Below are positions 60,117 to 64,000 of a DNA stretch of 64,000 nt, in pieces. Source of the DNA: Octopus sinensis (Eukaryota); assembly GCF_006345805.1 (NCBI RefSeq), contig NC_043026.1, positions 14,797,579-14,861,578 on the forward strand, given 5' to 3'. A model generated the notes under the pieces. It was not told the DNA's origin, searched no databases, and worked only from the letters and a program-made list of their open reading frames with translations. How positions within the stretch are numbered: position 1 is the first letter of the stretch; each line of letters begins with the position of its first letter. A program made the translations under genes and the position numbers.

Positions 60117-63076
60117 CATACATATATACATACATACATACATACAACCATACATACATACACACATACATACATACAACCATACATACATACATGCACA
60201 TACATACATACATACAAGCATACACACACACACACATACATACATACTACATACACTTCCATACATACACACACAGAGATATCCATGTGTGTGTGTACGT
60301 GTGTGTGTGTGTATGCGTGTGTGCGTGTGTCTGTATAGATCTATATATTCAAACGCCTGTTTGGGGTGGGGTAGGGTACCGCAGGTTCATACAAGGCTAA
60401 CAAAGGAACACATTTCAAAGGGATAACCTCGTCGCATACAATGTTTAGCCAAACACACACACAGAAATGTGTGTGTGTGTGTGTGTGTGCACATGCACCT
60501 GCTAATCCAGGACCTAAGGTGATGGAGATTTACTAATTGAGATGCTGTGGAATGTAGTGGGTTACCTTACATACCTGTCTGTCTGTTTGTCTTTCTCTCT
60601 CTCTCTCTCTCTCTCTAGACACACACATCACGTCTGTCTGTGGTGCTGACGTGGGCCATCTTGCTCTCCTCGAAGGTCACCAATGACATGCGTAGTGACT
60701 TCATTTCAAGTGAAGAAGTATTGTGGCCCTCAACCACAACCCCTTCTCAGTTACCAGGAAAGGGTTAAAACTTAAAGTTACCTTTTTGAATCAGTTCCGA
60801 CACACGAGGGCTGGTTTTCAGGACTGAACCTTGGTGGACCCCTACGTCTACCCTGAATTCTTCAGTGTACTCGTTGCCAACCCTCACCTTATGAGCTGCG
60901 TCCCTGTACATGGCTTGCACAGCTCTCACTAACCATTCATCTATCCCTAGTTTCCTCATTGACCACCAGATAAGGGAGGACTACGTTAAATAGGAGGGGA
61001 CTGAGGACTGAGGACTGAACCTTGGTGGACCTCTACCTCTACCCGGAATTCTTCACTGTACTTGTTGCCAACCCTCACCTTACTTACAGCGTCCCTGTAC
61101 ATGGCTTGCACAGCTCTCACTAACCATTCATCTATCCCTAGTTTCCTCATTGACCACCAGATAAGGGATCGGGGGACCCTGTCAAAGGCTTTCTCCATGT
61201 CAACGAAAGCCAGGTACAGGGGCTTATCTTTGGCTAGGTATTTCTCCTGCAGCTGTTTTACCAGAAATATGGCATCGGTGGTGCTTTTCCCTGGCACTGC
61301 ATCTCATCCAAGCGGACTCTATACAAAGGCAAATTTAACTCTTGGAGAAATGCTATGGTCAATTTACGTCCCCGTCACTTAGCGGTTCGGCAAAAGAAAC
61401 CGATAGAATAAGTACTGGGCTTACAAAAAGAATAAGTCCCGGGGTCGAGTTGCTCGATTAAAGGCGATGCTCCAGCATGACCACAGCCAAATGACTGAAA
61501 CAAGTAAAGAGTAGAGAGATCCCTACTTCCAATTAATCGCTTGTCCAAGGGAGACGGCCCGTCCTCACAAGCATTTTTTTTTATCTGACAGTTGTTTGAC
61601 CAATTGAGCTGTCGGCAAGGTTGCAGCTTGTGTAGGTGTGAAACCATTGGTCCTCTCTGACCAGACTTATTCTTTTTGTAAGGCCAGTACTTATTCTATC
61701 GGTCTCTTTTGCCGAACTGCTAAGTGACGGGGACGTAAACACGCCAGCATCGGTTGTCAAGCAACGCTAGGGGGACAAACACAGACACAAACACACACAC
61801 GCATATATATATTTCAGTTTCCGTCTACCAAATCCACTCACAAGGCTTTGGTCGGCCCGAGGCTATAGCAGAAGACACTTGCCCAAGATGCCATGCAGTG
61901 GGACTGAACCCGGAACCATGAGGTTGGTAAACAAGCTACTTACCACACAGCCACTCCTGCATTCTATTTCATATCTATTTCATTTTTTTTTTTTTATGGT
62001 GGTTTTTGACTAATTGACTGCGGCAGTTCTCCACCTCTGCGACATGAAGAGTTAAATTTGTCTTTGTATAGAGTTTGATTAGCTGTCCACAAGGCTGCAG
62101 CTTGTGTAGGTGTGAAACCATTGGTCACTCTATGACCAGACTTTAACTTCATGGATTTAATACTTTACTGCACTAATCTTTACAGTGTGCCTCTTGTTCA
62201 GATATATGATATTTTTTATTTGCTTCAGTCATTTTGACTGTGGCCATTTTGACTGTATCGTATATGTATATATATATATGTATGAAAATTATGTATTAAT
62301 GGAAAACCTCTATAAATGGCTGATGATTGCTCAACATTTTAAAACTGTTGTAATACTTACAATATTTAATAAAATGATGTAGCGTGAAACGATCGTACCA
62401 AATTACCAAAGTTATTCTTGTTGTTTATTTCATTATAATCACCCCATGGATTTATATGGATAACACCATACAAAATTCTCGTGCATCTAACTTAAGTATC
62501 ATATTTATTTGAATCTAAATTTTGCTGAACTTATATATATATATATATATACAATTGGCTTCTTTCAGTTTCCATCAACCAAATCCACTCACAAGGCTTT
62601 GGTCAGCCCGAGGTTATAGTAGAGGACACTTGCCCAAGGTGCCATGGAGAGGGACTGAACCCAGAACCATGTGGTTGGTAAGCAAGCTACTTACCACAGA
62701 GCCACTCCTGTTCCTATATATTGACAGTATATAAATATAAGTATATACAGGTACATGTATATACCCAACCCTGGTTGAAAATAAGTTTACTTCAAAATGT
62801 GATTTACTGCAATTATCAGACCTCGATGGGATAAAGTCTGCATTACACATTCACAAAATAACCTAAACTGCCAATGCTAAGTGTCTGATTTCTATGGTTT
62901 CTATAAAATATTGCAACTGGTGATCAGTCATTCCTCTTACCATTGTAATAAACAATCTTCTGATGCTTGTAATCAAATATTTGTGTTTTCTTGCGGTGAC
63001 GTCTGTACTCAGTGATAGATCCAGCCTTTAGTTTAGTCATGTCATAATATTCCTCCACCAGGGTCGTTTGGTTCCG
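40964..63076 (-). CDS. 5'-partial type I membrane protein with tandem ependymin-related (EPDR/LolA-like) domains; 15 exons, 571 aa in window
   Basis: Fifteen GT-AG exons join in one open frame (1716 nt including stop). Repeated EPDR-like motifs: EEYYD, IFDY/ITDYRLGIQY, C-x-[37 protein letters not shown]...[16 protein letters not shown]. These are followed by [10 protein letters not shown]...[35 protein letters not shown] and tail [14 protein letters not shown]. The family assignment is from recalled motifs, not a search. Confidence 0.8.
41145..41720. repeat. Imperfect (GT)n/(GTGGAT) microsatellite
   Basis: Visible directly in the sequence. Confidence 0.92.
42440..42518 (-). CDS. EPDR-like membrane protein exon
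   Basis: ctttgccag|GTA...AGA G|gtgaga. Encodes [26 protein letters not shown]. Confidence 0.82.
43940..44049 (-). CDS. EPDR-like membrane protein exon
   Basis: attccag|GC...AAG|gtaaga. Encodes (G)[36 protein letters not shown]. Confidence 0.85.
44507..44584 (+). ncRNA. Minimal type I hammerhead ribozyme motif (10.1-11.1 mismatch)
   Basis: gcgg-CTGAAGA-a ggcc..tagac/gtcta..ggcc c-GAAAC-atat-GTA-ccgc. Confidence 0.6.
45157..45223 (-). CDS. EPDR-like membrane protein exon
   Basis: ctattacag|ATA...CCA G|gtaagt. Encodes [22 protein letters not shown]. Confidence 0.85.
45465..45574 (-). CDS. EPDR-like membrane protein exon (juxtamembrane domain)
   Basis: aacccag|AT...CAG|gtacgt. Encodes (D)[36 protein letters not shown]. 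Confidence 0.85.
45800..45960 (-). mobile_element. Short 3' remnant of a second R4/Dong-like family
   Basis: [22 protein letters not shown] followed by a 3' UTR and (AAT)n. Confidence 0.6.
45987..46545 (-). mobile_element. ~550-bp non-coding repeat flanked by (AAT)n; second copy ~53594-54130
   Basis: Two highly similar copies, each bounded on both sides by TAT/AAT arrays. Confidence 0.7.
47079..47274 (-). CDS. EPDR-like membrane protein exon with poly-N/poly-D insert
   Basis: tatttacag|CCA...GAA G|gtaaga. Encodes [65 protein letters not shown]. Confidence 0.85.
48587..48637 (-). CDS. EPDR-like membrane protein 51-nt exon
   Basis: ttttgtag|ACT...TTG|gtaagt. Encodes [17 protein letters not shown], phase 0-0. 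Confidence 0.8.
48660..49975. repeat. ~1.3-kb imperfect (GAT)n microsatellite
   Basis: Continuous gat/aat run between exons 50095-50003 and 48637-48587. Confidence 0.95.
50003..50095 (-). CDS. EPDR-like membrane protein exon
   Basis: cccttgcag|CTT...AAG|gtaact. Encodes [31 protein letters not shown]. Confidence 0.88.
50739..50828 (-). ncRNA. Minimal type I hammerhead ribozyme motif with long stem-II loop
   Basis: Minus strand reads ttttggg-CTGAAGA-gcact cgacat...atgttg t agtgc-GAAAC-aatt-GTA-ccaaa. Confidence 0.65.
51524..51687 (-). CDS. EPDR-like membrane protein exon
   Basis: tcttgcag|GA...AAA|gtaaac. Encodes (G)[54 protein letters not shown]. Confidence 0.85.
51700..52210. repeat. (GATA)/(GA)n compound microsatellite (similar at 55615-56210)
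   Basis: Visible directly in the sequence. Confidence 0.9.
52250..53400 (-). mobile_element. Tx1/L1-clade LINE 3' fragment (zf-RVT region)
   Basis: [11 protein letters not shown]...[19 protein letters not shown]; T-rich 3' tail. Confidence 0.8.
54425..54530 (-). CDS. EPDR-like membrane protein exon
   Basis: cttccag|GTC...CTA G|gttggt. Encodes [35 protein letters not shown]. Confidence 0.85.
54636..54758 (-). CDS. EPDR-like membrane protein exon
   Basis: tattccag|GTA...AAT|gtaagt. Encodes [41 protein letters not shown]. Confidence 0.88.
55491..55585 (-). CDS. EPDR-like membrane protein exon
   Basis: ctttgcag|TG...CAG|gtaggt. Encodes (V)[31 protein letters not shown]. Confidence 0.88.
56807..56951 (-). 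CDS. EPDR-like membrane protein exon
   Basis: caatag|ATC...ATT G|gtaagt. Encodes [48 protein letters not shown]. Confidence 0.88.
57874..57992 (-). CDS. EPDR-like membrane protein exon
   Basis: ttccacag|CC...GTG|gtaggt. Encodes (A)[39 protein letters not shown]. Confidence 0.85.
59550..60330. repeat. (ATAC)/(AC)n compound microsatellite
   Basis: Visible directly in the sequence. Confidence 0.9.
60775..61300 (-). mobile_element. RTE-clade reverse transcriptase fragment with duplication
   Basis: [16 protein letters not shown]...[17 protein letters not shown]...[10 protein letters not shown]. Confidence 0.88.
62317..62400 (+). ncRNA. Degenerate hammerhead motif (relatives at 7362-7446 and 58195-58280)
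   Basis: tgg-CTGATGA-ttgct...agcgt-GAAAC-gatc-GTA-cca, palindromic ACGATCGT. Stem II closing pair mismatched. Confidence 0.5.
62941..63076 (-). CDS. EPDR-like membrane protein exon (first in window)
   Basis: ccacag|CGG...AAT G|gtaaga. Encodes [45 protein letters not shown]. Confidence 0.85.
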
Positions 63077-63312
63077 CTGTGGTGGTCATGGTCAGAGTTT
63101 TGTGTTGAGACAACAATTATGAAAAATAAGAGAATACATGACAATCATTCATTTCTCAGAAACTATAGAGTTTAATAAGTTATTATATTGTATATCATGA
63201 GAGTTCTTTTTAAAACTTCAGCTTTTAGATTGTAACTGTGAGTACAAACATATATGTCCATTTGAGTTTGTATGTATACTTATGTGTGTATGCATATGCA
63301 TGCATGTATGTG

Positions 63313-63388
<76 letters not shown>

Positions 63389-63593
63389 TGTGTGTGAACT
63401 GTTGGCAATTTTCTCTTATTTTTCTTTCTCTCTCTATGGACTTTTCTCTTTCCGACAAAGAGCGATGCTCAGAACGTTAACAACTCGCTCCTTTTATTTA
63501 GCATCAGATTAATATATTTCTTGTGCACAGCCTCGTATCTGTTGTTTTATTTTTCTCTCTGTTTTTTAATTATTTGTTTATTTAAATTGACTA

Positions 63594-63648
<55 letters not shown>

Positions 63649-64000
63649 CAATAATTGGGGGTAAAATTAGTTAGTTATTAATCAATTTCACCAAGTAGTG
63701 TTCAGTATGTAAAAGGACCATTAAGGCGTATTCAAAATACGCTAGTACTGGCAGTTTGAGGGTGTTTGTCTGAGGTGATACATTGCCAGACGGGTATGTT
63801 CATTCTTTTAGTGCTTCAAATCCAAAATTAAGAAATGTTGAGCTGACGAAGGAAATGCTGAGTTTTATTTCAGCTAATCTAGAAACGTGACGTTCTCAAA
63901 TGATCTTTGTACTTGTGATATTTACTGTTTTACCTCCATATCTTCGTGAGTTATTTTTGAGTAACATTATCTGGAGAAATTTTCTTAAAGTAGTGGAAAT

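Noticed and set aside
60630-60750. Coding-like minus-strand stretch ([33 protein letters not shown])
   Set aside because: Weak splice sites, and 63076-62941 joins 57992 in phase with better family motifs. An alternative exon cannot be excluded without RNA-seq.

Overview
AT-rich, microsatellite- and SINE-saturated animal genomic DNA. The repeat landscape resembles a coleoid cephalopod such as Octopus; this is inferred from recalled repeat families, not from a search. Two spliced minus-strand genes were assembled by hand, and all GT-AG junctions are phase-consistent. (1) A complete 4-exon PDCD2 (Zfrp8/Tsr4 family, MYND finger), 30969->18673, 464 aa. (2) The last 15 coding exons (63076->40964, 571 aa, 5' end outside the window) of a type I membrane protein with tandem ependymin-related (EPDR/LolA-like fold) domains, a juxtamembrane module, a TM helix and a short tail. 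The rest is tRNA-derived SINEs, fragments of CR1, RTE, Tx1/L1, HERO-like and R4/Dong-like LINEs, MITEs (Merlin-like, piggyBac-like, telomere-repeat-bearing) and simple repeats. The most striking unexplained structure is a set of minimal type I hammerhead ribozyme motifs from several unrelated repeat families. Most have a palindromic stem III, the dimer-active form known from Penelope-like elements and retrozymes. They generally lie close to (TA)n tracts and often occur in inverted pairs; three copies sit in the last intron of PDCD2. Ribozyme folds were paired by eye and their activity is untested. Repeat boundaries are approximate unless TIRs/TSDs are quoted.
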